Of a stretch of 64,000 nt of DNA, positions 51,416 to 60,534 are shown piece by piece. The stretch is from contig OY969706.1 in assembly GCA_963702095.1 (NCBI GenBank), positions 2,272,001 to 2,336,000 of the forward strand, written 5' to 3'. The translations under genes were made by a program, and so were the position numbers. Within the stretch, counting starts at the first letter, position 1. The number at the start of each line of letters is the position of its first letter. Source of the stretch: Candidatus Bathyarchaeota archaeon (lineage in GTDB: Archaea > Thermoproteota > Bathyarchaeia > Bathyarchaeales > Bathycorpusculaceae). The notes beneath the pieces are model-generated. The model was not told where the DNA came from, searched no databases, and saw nothing but the letters and a program-made list of their open reading frames with translations.

Positions 51416-52599
51416 GATTGCTCAACACAAGTTGAAAGAAGCGAGGCTAAGCACCGTGTGGAAGTATCCCAAGTTTTTGTTAAGGCTTTTCCGTACCCTT
51501 TGTTAACTTTCTGCAGAACCCAAGGCTCCTGGTCCTTTATGCTGTTAAACAGGCGCACATAAGCTTCAGGAGTTGAAGACAAAAAAAGATACTCCTGATT
51601 TTTTAATGCCTCGGGGATTGGTGTTGATATCACGGGTTTTCGCTGTGAAAGGTATTCCCACATTTTGTTTGGCGACGAGTAATAAGCGGTTGGGTTAGTC
51701 GCATCAAAAGGGATTGTTCCAACGTCGATAGCGCTTAGGTAGAACGGAACTTCCTCGTAGGGAACAAAATCTAACCAAAAAACTTTATCTCTTATTCCTT
51801 CTTCGCGGATTTGCTGTTCTACTTTCTTGATGAATTCTGTATGTAATCCCTTACCTACTAGCAGCAGTTTTGCATCTAAACCCTTCCTAGCTGAGAGCGC
51901 GACACTTTTAAGCAGTGGCTTCATCTCTAACCAGAACTCTATACTACCGATATAACCAATGATAAAATCTGATGAATCAATACCTATTTTTTCCCTTATC
52001 TGAGTCCCATTTCTGAGCTCAAGAAAGCCTGCCGAAATACCATTTGGCACATTTTCAACCCATTTAGCGCCGCAGTGAATTGCGTGTGCTTGGAGAGCAG
52101 AGGAGACGACAGTTACCAAACTGGCGTGGCTAATAATTCTTCTTAGAATTAAATCAAAGTAACCTGTTAGAATCTTCCCTTGAACGCTTTGGACATCAAA
52201 GAGGTAACCTGATGCGCTAGTCGGATAATAGTCTGGGAGATCAACAACTATTGGGATGTTGATACTTGAAAGTTCATCCATTAAAGTATAGGCAAGCGGA
52301 GCGGATAGGTTGGAAAGTACCACAATATCTATGCTTTCTTGTCTTATAATTCGCCTGATTTCGGATGCATGACTTGCTGCATTTCGGAGATAGTATAAAG
52401 AAACTGAATTTTTGCAGAATCCGCTGAGATCATGAACGACAACGTTGCTACTCATTTTTTTGTTATTAAAAAGGTGGAATCTAGCTACGTGTACTTCGAA
52501 ATTCTTGGCGTCGTTTAGGCGTTCGAATATTTGGTTATGACGTTGAGGAAAAGGGTGGCATAAATAATCGCTGCTGGGAACTAGAAGAACACGAATCAT
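51412..52599 (-). CDS. GT4 glycosyltransferase
   Basis: VPNGI, IGYIGS, SPNKMWEYL...PVIST. Confidence 0.9.
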   Translation of the reverse strand: MIRVLLVPSSDYLCHPFPQRHNQIFERLNDAKNFEVHVARFHLFNNKKMSSNVVVHDLSGFCKNSVSLYYLRNAASHASEIRRIIRQESIDIVVLSNLSAPLAYTLMDELSSINIPIVVDLPDYYPTSASGYLFDVQSVQGKILTGYFDLILRRIISHASLVTVVSSALQAHAIHCGAKWVENVPNGISAGFLELRNGTQIREKIGIDSSDFIIGYIGSIEFWLEMKPLLKSVALSARKGLDAKLLLVGKGLHTEFIKKVEQQIREEGIRDKVFWLDFVPYEEVPFYLSAIDVGTIPFDATNPTAYYSSPNKMWEYLSQRKPVISTPIPEALKNQEYLFLSSTPEAYVRLFNSIKDQEPWVLQKVNKGYGKALTKTWDTSTRCLASLLSTCVEQS

Positions 52600-52663
52600 A
52601 TGCTGATTGGCAGTTCACTTTGGTTTTTATGGACGCAGTTTCGCTGTTGACGCAATGGGGGAA

Positions 52664-52912
52664 TCAAACTACTTCAGTGACTTTCAGGCAGACGATTAAT
52701 AGAAAGACTATGAGCAGGGGTAGTATGCCTACATTTAGGTAGCGGCGAAGTACCTTTAGAGAAGACCTTTTGTTTCCCGCAGTCGCTTCCTGTGTTCCCA
52801 ACAATGTGATAAGTAGTATCGTAGCTAACGCACCAAGGCTTGCGCCTGTGGTTGTGAGTGTTACGATTGTTGTTACTGTTGTTGTGGTTACAGTTGATAT
52901 CATGGCAGACAA
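52664..52912 (-). CDS. Small Thr-rich, 2-TM membrane protein
   Basis: MISTVTTTTVTTIVTLTTTG followed by two hydrophobic helices; tightly packed in the operon. Confidence 0.7.
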   Translation of the reverse strand: MSAMISTVTTTTVTTIVTLTTTGASLGALATILLITLLGTQEATAGNKRSSLKVLRRYLNVGILPLLIVFLLIVCLKVTEVV

Positions 52913-52922
52913 CTGGTTACTA

Positions 52923-53717
52923 TTAAAGCGTCACGATACTAATAAAGTTTATCACAGAAGGCATAATCAAAAACAAAAAAACATTCGTTAAGCCATGAGA
53001 AAGGCTAACACCTAAAAGGCTCTTAGTTTTAAGCACCAAAACACCAAAGAACAAACCCACGGAAAATACAAAAAACACGTCAAGCAACTGAAGCCAGCCA
53101 ATGTGGAGAGCCGCAAAGATTACGGCCACAGAAATAAGACCCGCTTTGGTACCGAATGCTTTTATCGCGTTATTCTGGAGCACACCACGGAAAACCAATT
53201 CTTCAACAAATCCCGTTGCAACAATAACACCCACAGAGAGAAGAATAAAGCTCCAAGTTGAGAAGCCTACAGTTATAGCAGCAGGTCTCAGTATCAAATA
53301 CTCCAATATGCCAAAAGGAATCCCAGTAAAAGTTATTGCCAGCTGAATCAACGGTTTTTTAACCGTCAACCCAATTTCTGAGGCAGTTAAGCCCTCAAGC
53401 CACACTACAGTGACGGCTGCAACAAGCATAGGTACACCAGCGATCAGGTACCAAACATATGAGGGAAACATCTGAAGTGGCATTGAGAGGCTAAATACTC
53501 TGATCAATGGCGCTATTGAGAGACAGAGAAAAACGTTTGATGTCTGACTATTTTTTTTCCACAATGCCGATAAGCAAAGCAGAGAAACAAGCAGCATCGA
53601 ATGGATAACGAGCCCAAAGGTGGGACTTATAAAAGACGTAATTGCTTCTGCAACAACTATCAAAGTGATGTAGACTAAAAATATTAGTCCATTTGACGCG
53701 GGCATTTCAACGGTCAC
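52923..53717 (-). CDS. CPBP (CAAX/Abi) intramembrane glutamic protease
   Basis: EELVFRG, FAALH, HGLTN motifs. Confidence 0.9.
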   Translation of the reverse strand: MTVEMPASNGLIFLVYITLIVVAEAITSFISPTFGLVIHSMLLVSLLCLSALWKKNSQTSNVFLCLSIAPLIRVFSLSMPLQMFPSYVWYLIAGVPMLVAAVTVVWLEGLTASEIGLTVKKPLIQLAITFTGIPFGILEYLILRPAAITVGFSTWSFILLSVGVIVATGFVEELVFRGVLQNNAIKAFGTKAGLISVAVIFAALHIGWLQLLDVFFVFSVGLFFGVLVLKTKSLLGVSLSHGLTNVFLFLIMPSVINFISIVTL

Positions 53718-54555
53718 TTACAGTTATTAATAATTGAAGATGACGATAGGGAGCGGATATGCCTTCTTTGAACAACTGAAATTCGAGTTTCATTTGCGCC
53801 CCAGTCTTGTCTGGAGTAAAAGTGTAGGGTCTCGTCCAGTTTTGGCTGTTCTGCACTTGAATGTTATCGATTGTCGCCAATGTTTTATTTTCTAGGCTGA
53901 TTGTGATTCGGTAGGTTATGTCTTGGTCCTCGTGGTTTATTATACCAGTAATTACTGTACCGTTTTGTCCAAGCGTTAAATTCTGCGGATAATCAGTCAA
54001 TTTACCATTAAAATCCAGAATATAGAATTCTGTGAATTGGTCGCCTGCTTTTGGAGCTGCACCAAGGTAAGCGGTTAAGCTTCCAACCATTACAATGGCT
54101 GCGATAATGGCGAGAAAGAAGAACTTATCAAGTCTGGTAATCTTTGCTAATTTTGGGAAGCCGTGGAAAGAGAGGGCGAGGGCATTGTCAGGCGCTAACG
54201 CACTCCTTCGATAAATAGCAAGCAATGATAGTGATGCAGTGAATAATGTTAGTGATATTATGATTGGCACAAGCCTTATCCCCCAAGGAGTATAGTTAAG
54301 GCCCAAACCGATCAGGGGAACAACGGCTAAACTCAACCCTATGCTTAGGGCTAAACGCTCCATTCTTCCTAAAGCCGTTTTTTCTGGATACAAAGCGCTG
54401 ATTAAGCTATATCCAGGGAAGAACAACACAAAGGGTAAGCCTAATATGGTTCGTATCAGCGAATCAGGCACTAAAGCTGTTACTACAATTAGGGCTACAG
54501 ATATCAAGTTGATTATGAGCAGATCAGTTGCAGCATTTAATCTGAAGCTATTCAT
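53707..54555 (-). CDS. DUF1616-like membrane protein
   Basis: LFFPGYSL...LYP, ERLALSIGLS, LNYTPWGI, FTEFYIL, YP, NHE, PYRHL. Confidence 0.8.
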   Translation of the reverse strand: MNSFRLNAATDLLIINLISVALIVVTALVPDSLIRTILGLPFVLFFPGYSLISALYPEKTALGRMERLALSIGLSLAVVPLIGLGLNYTPWGIRLVPIIISLTLFTASLSLLAIYRRSALAPDNALALSFHGFPKLAKITRLDKFFFLAIIAAIVMVGSLTAYLGAAPKAGDQFTEFYILDFNGKLTDYPQNLTLGQNGTVITGIINHEDQDITYRITISLENKTLATIDNIQVQNSQNWTRPYTFTPDKTGAQMKLEFQLFKEGISAPYRHLQLLITVSDR

Positions 54556-55510
54556 GCCTCTTTTCTCTTCCCATGTTTTGCATGAGTCTTGTTTCAGTTC
54601 TCTTTAGAACAAGCACCATTGTGCCAACTGCGATTGCCTGGGAGGCAAAAAGAAGGAGCATAACACCCATTAGAGCCCAGCCGCTATGCCAGATACCTAA
54701 GAAAAGCTGGTTAAAAAGAACCCAAACCAACACACCAGCCGCGGGAAGTATCGATAGCATCGAAACCGACGAAAAGAGCAATACGGGATTGTATTTACGC
54801 GCCAAACCGATAACCGACATCAAAATTCCAAAGCCGTTACGCCAGGAAAGTTTACCTTTTCCCAGCCGTTTACGGTACCCGATTGGCACCTCAGTTATTT
54901 CATGCTCAGCTGCGGTTTGGGCGGCAATTTCCACTTCAGTAGCAAAGTTCCTCGACCCAAGTTCAATATACTGGGCTACTTCAGTTTTGAGGAGGTACAT
55001 ACCCGAGCATATATCGGAAAGATGAGTGCCCATTAGGAGGTTGAAAGATTTTGTTATGATCCAGTTTCCCAGCCGATGGAGTAGGCTGATGTTTTTGGGG
55101 TCTCTAACGCCGATCACCTGGGCATAGTTAGCGTGATTTAGAAGGCGTTGGATGTCTTGGGCTCGGTAGGTGTAGTCCCCGTCTATTATTAGCAAGTAGG
55201 GTGTGTTGACATGTTCTATTGCGGTTTTTACTGCACCGCTTTTGCCTTTATCGTGTTGTTGGATGAAGGTGATGCCGGGTATTTCTTTGATTTTTTGGGG
55301 GGTTTTGTCGATTGAGTACCCATCAACCACCAAAATGTTGTCATAACCCTCTTGTGTTAAATCGTTTAGTACGGGAACTATGGCTTCCTCTTCGTCTTTT
55401 ACAGGTATTACTATGGTGACCTGATCCTTGTCTATCGAGCCCCAAGGTAAACCAGATGGCTCCTGAGGGACAGATGCCTGATTGATGATTGGTTGTGTCA
55501 GCTTAGGCAT
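54548..55510 (-). CDS. GT2 polyprenol-phosphate glycosyltransferase (DPM1/AglJ-like)
   Basis: VIPVKDEE, VDGYSIDKT, IDGDYTY, D..SG, EVPIGYRKRLG..KL, two C-terminal TMs. Confidence 0.88.
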   Translation of the reverse strand: MPKLTQPIINQASVPQEPSGLPWGSIDKDQVTIVIPVKDEEEAIVPVLNDLTQEGYDNILVVDGYSIDKTPQKIKEIPGITFIQQHDKGKSGAVKTAIEHVNTPYLLIIDGDYTYRAQDIQRLLNHANYAQVIGVRDPKNISLLHRLGNWIITKSFNLLMGTHLSDICSGMYLLKTEVAQYIELGSRNFATEVEIAAQTAAEHEITEVPIGYRKRLGKGKLSWRNGFGILMSVIGLARKYNPVLLFSSVSMLSILPAAGVLVWVLFNQLFLGIWHSGWALMGVMLLLFASQAIAVGTMVLVLKRTETRLMQNMGREKRHE

Positions 55511-55632
55511 AGTGTGGTTTTGTGGAGTTTCATCGCGACGGAGTTAAGGAGTATAAAGAGGAGGTTCCTACCGCTCAACCCTTTCACACCGCATGGTAAC
55601 AGAGGAGCCATTCAAACGAAGCAGTTGTGGTT

Positions 55633-56112
55633 TCATAGTTTAGTGCTGACTTTAAACATAGGAAGGTCATTCATGTCGATAACTGTTAAATGGCGAATGA
55701 AGCCTTCATCGTACATCCACTGTGACGCCAACTTGTTCCCCCAACCGACAGCGATTAAACTGATTTGCCGAACCTGCCGCAGCCCAAACGTTTGCATACC
55801 ATAAGATAAACTGCCGAATAATCCTTTGAGGCCGCCTATTGCATCTATCAGTTTCTCGACCAGTGGTGCCAGAATTTTTAGGATCATTAGACTGTGTATT
55901 TTATCAACCGTCTGGATGACTGCGTCGATGTATCGGCGTTTATCAGCGGTTAAGGTTCGGAACCAGGAATTGTGGGCTCTTAGGGCTTTCTGTTTTAAGG
56001 TGCTGAGGAATTTTCTTCCGCCTTTCATTATCATGTTTGAAACATCGGCGCTCTTCGGTTCCTTATCAGCATCTTGTTTGAGAGCTAGTGACTGTTGCTT
56101 CAGCGTTTTCAT
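55633..56112 (-). CDS. Hypothetical protein
   Basis: 159-aa ORF whose ATG overlaps the upstream stop. Confidence 0.55.
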   Translation of the reverse strand: MKTLKQQSLALKQDADKEPKSADVSNMIMKGGRKFLSTLKQKALRAHNSWFRTLTADKRRYIDAVIQTVDKIHSLMILKILAPLVEKLIDAIGGLKGLFGSLSYGMQTFGLRQVRQISLIAVGWGNKLASQWMYDEGFIRHLTVIDMNDLPMFKVSTKL

Positions 56113-56504
56113 AGGGAAGCCTCGTTTGGTTCCATTGACGATTTGTTGGTTGGTCTGCTGCCGATGGAGTCCTGTTCGGAAAGCGGAGTGTTCGTTAGGA
56201 GGTTTATTTGGTCCAGAAGGCTTGTGCAGACGGATAGGCAGTCTTCACAAAGGGTGAAGCCGTATCTGAGAAGCAGCGTGTTTGTGGTTTTCTTGCAGAT
56301 GTCACATATGCCGATTTTGGTTCCGATTAGAAGCGGGTGGCGTATGCGTGTTTTTTTGTTGTTATCTTTTGATTGTTTGGGGTAAGGTTGAGTTAGGTGG
56401 CTATCGCTGTCGTGGTTTGGTAGCGTTTTGTTGCAGTTGTTTTTTGTATGTTGTGTTTTGGGTGTTTGTGAATATCGCTGTGTTTTTGTTTGTGGTTGGT
56501 TCAC
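56109..56504 (-). CDS. Hypothetical protein with CxxC...CxxC zinc-ribbon
   Basis: CDICKK...LCEDCLSVC; N-terminus low complexity, start uncertain. Confidence 0.45.
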   Translation of the reverse strand: MNQPQTKTQRYSQTPKTQHTKNNCNKTLPNHDSDSHLTQPYPKQSKDNNKKTRIRHPLLIGTKIGICDICKKTTNTLLLRYGFTLCEDCLSVCTSLLDQINLLTNTPLSEQDSIGSRPTNKSSMEPNEASL

Positions 56505-56722
56505 TCACATTCCCCTTTGGCAGACAAACGGTGTCTAGTTGTCACAGCGAGTTATTTATAACTTATCACAAAAAACAAACAGCAACCAAACAAGACTCCT
56601 CAATAAACCCATACACTGACTGACTAATCCAGCACGCATGGGCAATGCCAAACCAGAAACACCGCAGACAAAGCCACGGATAAACTACACCATAAAACAC
56701 ATCAGTTAATGACGAGCAAGCG

Positions 56723-57838
56723 CTACTTTTTCTTGCCGTTTTTGCCTTCTTGCGGTTTCTGCTCCAACTTAGTCGGCAAGTACTCATCCACAATGTAGGT
56801 TAAACCGTATCTGCTGAAAGCTTCAAGTTCCGTCTTACGCCTGATTTTTAGGAACATCTTGATCTCACGTTGCCAGACAGGGTCGTTTTGGTACCGGGGG
56901 TCCTTTTGGAGTTCGTAGAGGCGTTTGATGTCCACTTCGTCAAGCGGGTCTGTGGGTAACTTGTATTCGACGATGTCGCTTGCCCACACTCCGCTCCAGA
57001 CTGCGTCCGGGGTGTTTAGGTTTCTTAGGTGGGCAGCGTTGGCTGAGCCAGAGATGATAACCTGCGCGATGTGCATTCCCCAAGGGTCACCGTCAGTTAA
57101 TATGTAAACTGGCAGATTGAGTTCATCATGTAATCTTCGAATGAAACTGCGGGTTTGTCTGGGTGCTTGACCTCCGCAGGCGATTAAGAGGGATTTGTGT
57201 TTGTTGTGCACATTTTCTTCGATGAATCTGGTGAAGAGTGCGCCTTTTTCGATGGCTATGACTTTGTCGGCGCTGGTTTTTATGAATTCAGAGGAGGTTA
57301 CTGCGGGTCCGATGAGGACGCCGTCGGGGTGGCTGGTTAAGTTGACTGTTTTGCCCTCGTAGCCTGGTACTGTGTAACCTATGTCGAGGTCGCCAAATAT
57401 TGCGCTGCGTTCCTCGGGGAACACGCTGAAGTCTTCCCGTGCAAAGCCTGTTAGGGTTTCGAGGTCGGTTATGATGTTGTTTGATTCCTGCTGGTCTTGG
57501 AAGGTCATTTCGTATGCTTGCGCAGAGTAGTAGACATCTCTTAGGGTGCTGGTTTTGCGTTGGCTGGTTAATTCGTTGCTAAACATAGCCACCCAAGCCA
57601 GCTGCGTAAAGGGTTTAATGTGGCGGATGTTGCGTGTGCTTCTGCCAACGATTTTTTCGCCTAAAACGTATTGGCGCAGGTTTTCGTCGTAGGTGATGTT
57701 TTCGGTGCTGCGGCTCGGCATGTTAACCGTTGGAAACTGTCCTTGCTCCAGCTGGTTGTAAATGCCTGTGCCGAAGCTTTTGAGCCCTTTTAGAACCTCT
57801 TGCTTTCGCTCTGAGATTTTAATTTTCTTCTGCGCCAT
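56723..57838 (-). CDS. top6A: DNA topoisomerase VI subunit A
   Basis: TLRDVYY, Q.ES, IEK, TDGDPWG, ELEA. Confidence 0.95.
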   Translation of the reverse strand: MAQKKIKISERKQEVLKGLKSFGTGIYNQLEQGQFPTVNMPSRSTENITYDENLRQYVLGEKIVGRSTRNIRHIKPFTQLAWVAMFSNELTSQRKTSTLRDVYYSAQAYEMTFQDQQESNNIITDLETLTGFAREDFSVFPEERSAIFGDLDIGYTVPGYEGKTVNLTSHPDGVLIGPAVTSSEFIKTSADKVIAIEKGALFTRFIEENVHNKHKSLLIACGGQAPRQTRSFIRRLHDELNLPVYILTDGDPWGMHIAQVIISGSANAAHLRNLNTPDAVWSGVWASDIVEYKLPTDPLDEVDIKRLYELQKDPRYQNDPVWQREIKMFLKIRRKTELEAFSRYGLTYIVDEYLPTKLEQKPQEGKNGKKK

Positions 57839-59347
57839 ACTTCTGTACACTCTTGAGTAGTTTTTCTATGTCTGGCTTTTGGGTTTGCGCCAGCAAGGGT
57901 AGTGGAGAACTCGGCGATTTTAGGCAGGTACTTACTGAAAATGCCCAGCCGCTTCTTTTCATTGTGCACGTGTTCTTGGCGGGCAAGGAAATGCTGCATT
58001 TGCCTCGCCACATCACGGATTGCATTGGCTTCTTCCCGGCGTACTTCGGGACGGTCGGAGATGAATTCTTTGCCCACCGTTTTATAGGGCACTTTGGTGC
58101 TGCAAATGTGCACTACAATGGCTATGGGCATATCCGGCTGGACTTTGTAACGCCGCCAATTCATAGCTGAAATAACACGGTAAGAAACATCGCTTGCTTC
58201 ATCGTAGAGAAGCGGGATCTTGTTTGCGAAGCGGTAAATGACAAAGTTGCCACGTTTTGGCACTCCACCCCCGTAAGCCATCGCCATCTCCACGATAAAG
58301 GGGTGACCCGCATACGTGGAGGGTTTACGTTGGTGAACAACGAGGTATTCGGGGTTAAGTTCCTTCATGACTCCTGCCTTTAGGAGATCTTCGCCCAGCG
58401 GCGAGAGGCAACTGGCGTCCGGCGGCAGGAAATCCTTGTATTTTTTGAGGTTTTGCATCAGGCGCACGATTTCTTCGTGGCTGAGTTTCTTGGGGTTCTT
58501 GTTGGCGGGGAGCCCTGTGAAATCGAGGAATTTCTGCGCGGTTATTTCGCCAACGCGGTGGAAATGCTGTCTCAGAAAAGTTGACATGCTGGTGCATTCG
58601 GTGATTTGGATAAGCCGCTGTAAAAGCTCCACGTCTACGCCGTAGGGGTGGGGCGCGGTTTCTTTTGGGGGGTCCGGCATGACTGTGGTTGCCCTTGTGA
58701 ACTTGTAGAGTCTGCCTTTGGGGTCGACGAATGTTAGGTTGGCGTAGGGGTTAACCATGGCGGTTTGTTTGAAGTACTCGATGATTTTTGGCATCGCACG
58801 CAAGTAGTCGCCTTCGATTGAGAACTCGATTATGGTGCCGCGCCAGTTGTCCTTGTTGATGAGGACTTTGCGGTCGACGATTATGGGTTTGTTGCGTTGG
58901 ATGTCAATCATCAATTTGAAAGTGTAGATTTTTTCTTGCCCAGTGCTTGAGGTTACAATTACGGGTTGGTGGGTTGTGATTTGGCCGTAGAGAACCGCCA
59001 TTTTGCCGCCGAGTCCGAAGGTGCCGCGGGCTTGTTTGAGTTTGTATTTGCTTCCGTAGAGGATTTGGCCGAAACGCTGAGGGGATGAAGCGGGGTTGGA
59101 TGCCGCTGCCGTTGTCTTCGACTCTTAGCCGGTAGATTTGGGTGTCTTTGGTGGCTTCTGCCTCGAAGCTTAGGCGCACGTAGACTTCGGGGGGGATTTT
59201 TTGGCTCTCAGCAGCGTCGAGGCTGTTTTCGACGAGTTCTCGGATTGCGACGAAGATTGACCTTGAAGGGTTGGTTAAGCCCGCGATGTCGCGGTTTCGA
59301 TAGAAGAAGTCAGATGCACTCATCTCTTCGAAGGTTGCTTGAGCCAC
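57819..59347 (-). CDS. top6B: DNA topoisomerase VI subunit B (two apparent 1-nt frameshifts near 59070 and 57880)
   Basis: FFYRNRDIAG, RELVENSLDA, VEDNGSG, PHPYGVD, RFANKIPLLYD, STKVPYKTVGKE. Confidence 0.92.
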
Positions 59348-59647
59348 TTGCTGCTTACACCACTTTCCCCAATATTTTTTTGGCTTAGTATACTTGCTGC
59401 TTGTTCTTTAAGTTAACTGCATTATGCGTATAAAACGTTCGTCTAAAAAATTGTTCGGTAACATACCTGAATGGAAGGTTTTAACATGAAAATGTCGATT
59501 AATCCATTGATAGGTTGATTTCAAAGCTAAATTTACCATGCAAACGACAGGAAGCTGTTACTGCCTCTAAGCAACCACACAACTATAAATAAAAACCACC
59601 CCTAAAAAACCAAGGAAACAACCCACCAAAACCGCGCGGTCTCACTT

Positions 59648-60019
59648 TTGACGCAAAAAACATCAAACCTAAAAGACCTCATAACCCAATTCCTAAACGA
59701 GGCAAAAGCAACCCTAAAAGAATACATCCAAAAACAAGAAGCAGCCCTAAAAAACCGCCTAAAAAAACTCCTCATCATAAGCATCACAAGCGCCGTCATA
59801 ATGTCCATAGGCATCTCCATGGCAGGCGCCGCCGCACTATTCTTCCTAATCGGCTCACTGCGGTACCTCGAAACCTTCCTCCCCGCATGGCAAGCATGGT
59901 ATGTCATTGCCGCCACATCAGCGGTAGTAGCAGCAGCCCTGTTCATAGCGCTGTTTTTGATTATTAGAAACCAGTTGGCACCTCCCAAAACGACTGAACA
60001 GCCCCCGACAAGCATCTGA
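59648..60019 (+). CDS. Small 2-TM membrane protein
   Basis: Amphipathic N-terminus then two long hydrophobic segments. Confidence 0.6.
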   Translation: MTQKTSNLKDLITQFLNEAKATLKEYIQKQEAALKNRLKKLLIISITSAVIMSIGISMAGAAALFFLIGSLRYLETFLPAWQAWYVIAATSAVVAAALFIALFLIIRNQLAPPKTTEQPPTSI

Positions 60020-60068
60020 GACTCTCAAGATTTGAAGAGCGATTTGAAGTTTTATTTATTAAAATTAG

Positions 60069-60133
60069 GGTTTGCTGGGGAACTGAAACCGAACTAGAGG
60101 AAGAAAAGAATGGAAAATGCAACTAAACCATTT
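60069..60133. repeat. Repeat family A copy 8 (orphan, partial or diverged)
   Basis: ggtttgctggggaactgaaaccgaactagaggaagaaaagaatggaaaatgcaactaaaccatt; lacks the tccagagccc arm. Confidence 0.85.
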
Positions 60134-60279
60134 TTATCTACTGCGATTTCCAAGTTAAGGTTTAGTCGTTAAAATTGCTGTTTTTTATTCCCCTTCTTGT
60201 TTGCGAAAATTGTTTTTAGGGGTGGGTTGTTTTGGGGTTGGTTGGGAAGTGAGAGGTGGCTGATGCCTTTTGAAGGGCT

Positions 60280-60312
60280 ATGCTAGTGCCGCTTGCATTG
60301 CGCTGTTCATTG
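60280..60312. repeat. Repeat family B partial inverted copy
   Basis: Reverse complement caatgaacagcgcaatgcaagcggcactagcat matches 1087-1119 (28/33 by eye) and 63591-63633. Confidence 0.7.
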
Positions 60313-60534
60313 CCGTCTGTTGTTTGCAAAAGAATTCAGTAGTTTAGGAATCATATTTGGAGGCTATTAGAATATCTATGCAGAAACCTATAGAGGGTAG
60401 GTCTATGGGGCTTGCCTTCTACATATAAGGAGGGGTCTCTGCTGAGAGCAACAAAACGTTGTTTCTGTCGCAAAAAACTTAACAGCAACCCCCCTCAAAT
60501 AATCCACAAACACACGCTTATTTCAGAGGTATTC

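Noticed and set aside
19562-59347. Frameshifts in paralogs 4-7, the ABC ATPase and top6B as programmed frameshifting, phase variation or pseudogenisation
   Set aside because: They are isolated 1-nt indels at non-homologous positions with no long slippery tracts, and two hit the normally essential top6B. Sequencing or assembly error is the simplest explanation; raw reads are needed to confirm.
59596-60225. 13-bp inverted repeat CCACCCCTAAAAA (59596-59608 / 60213-60225) flanking a small ORF and element copy 8, as MITE ends
   Set aside because: Low-complexity sequence, no target-site duplication or transposase seen; may be chance.
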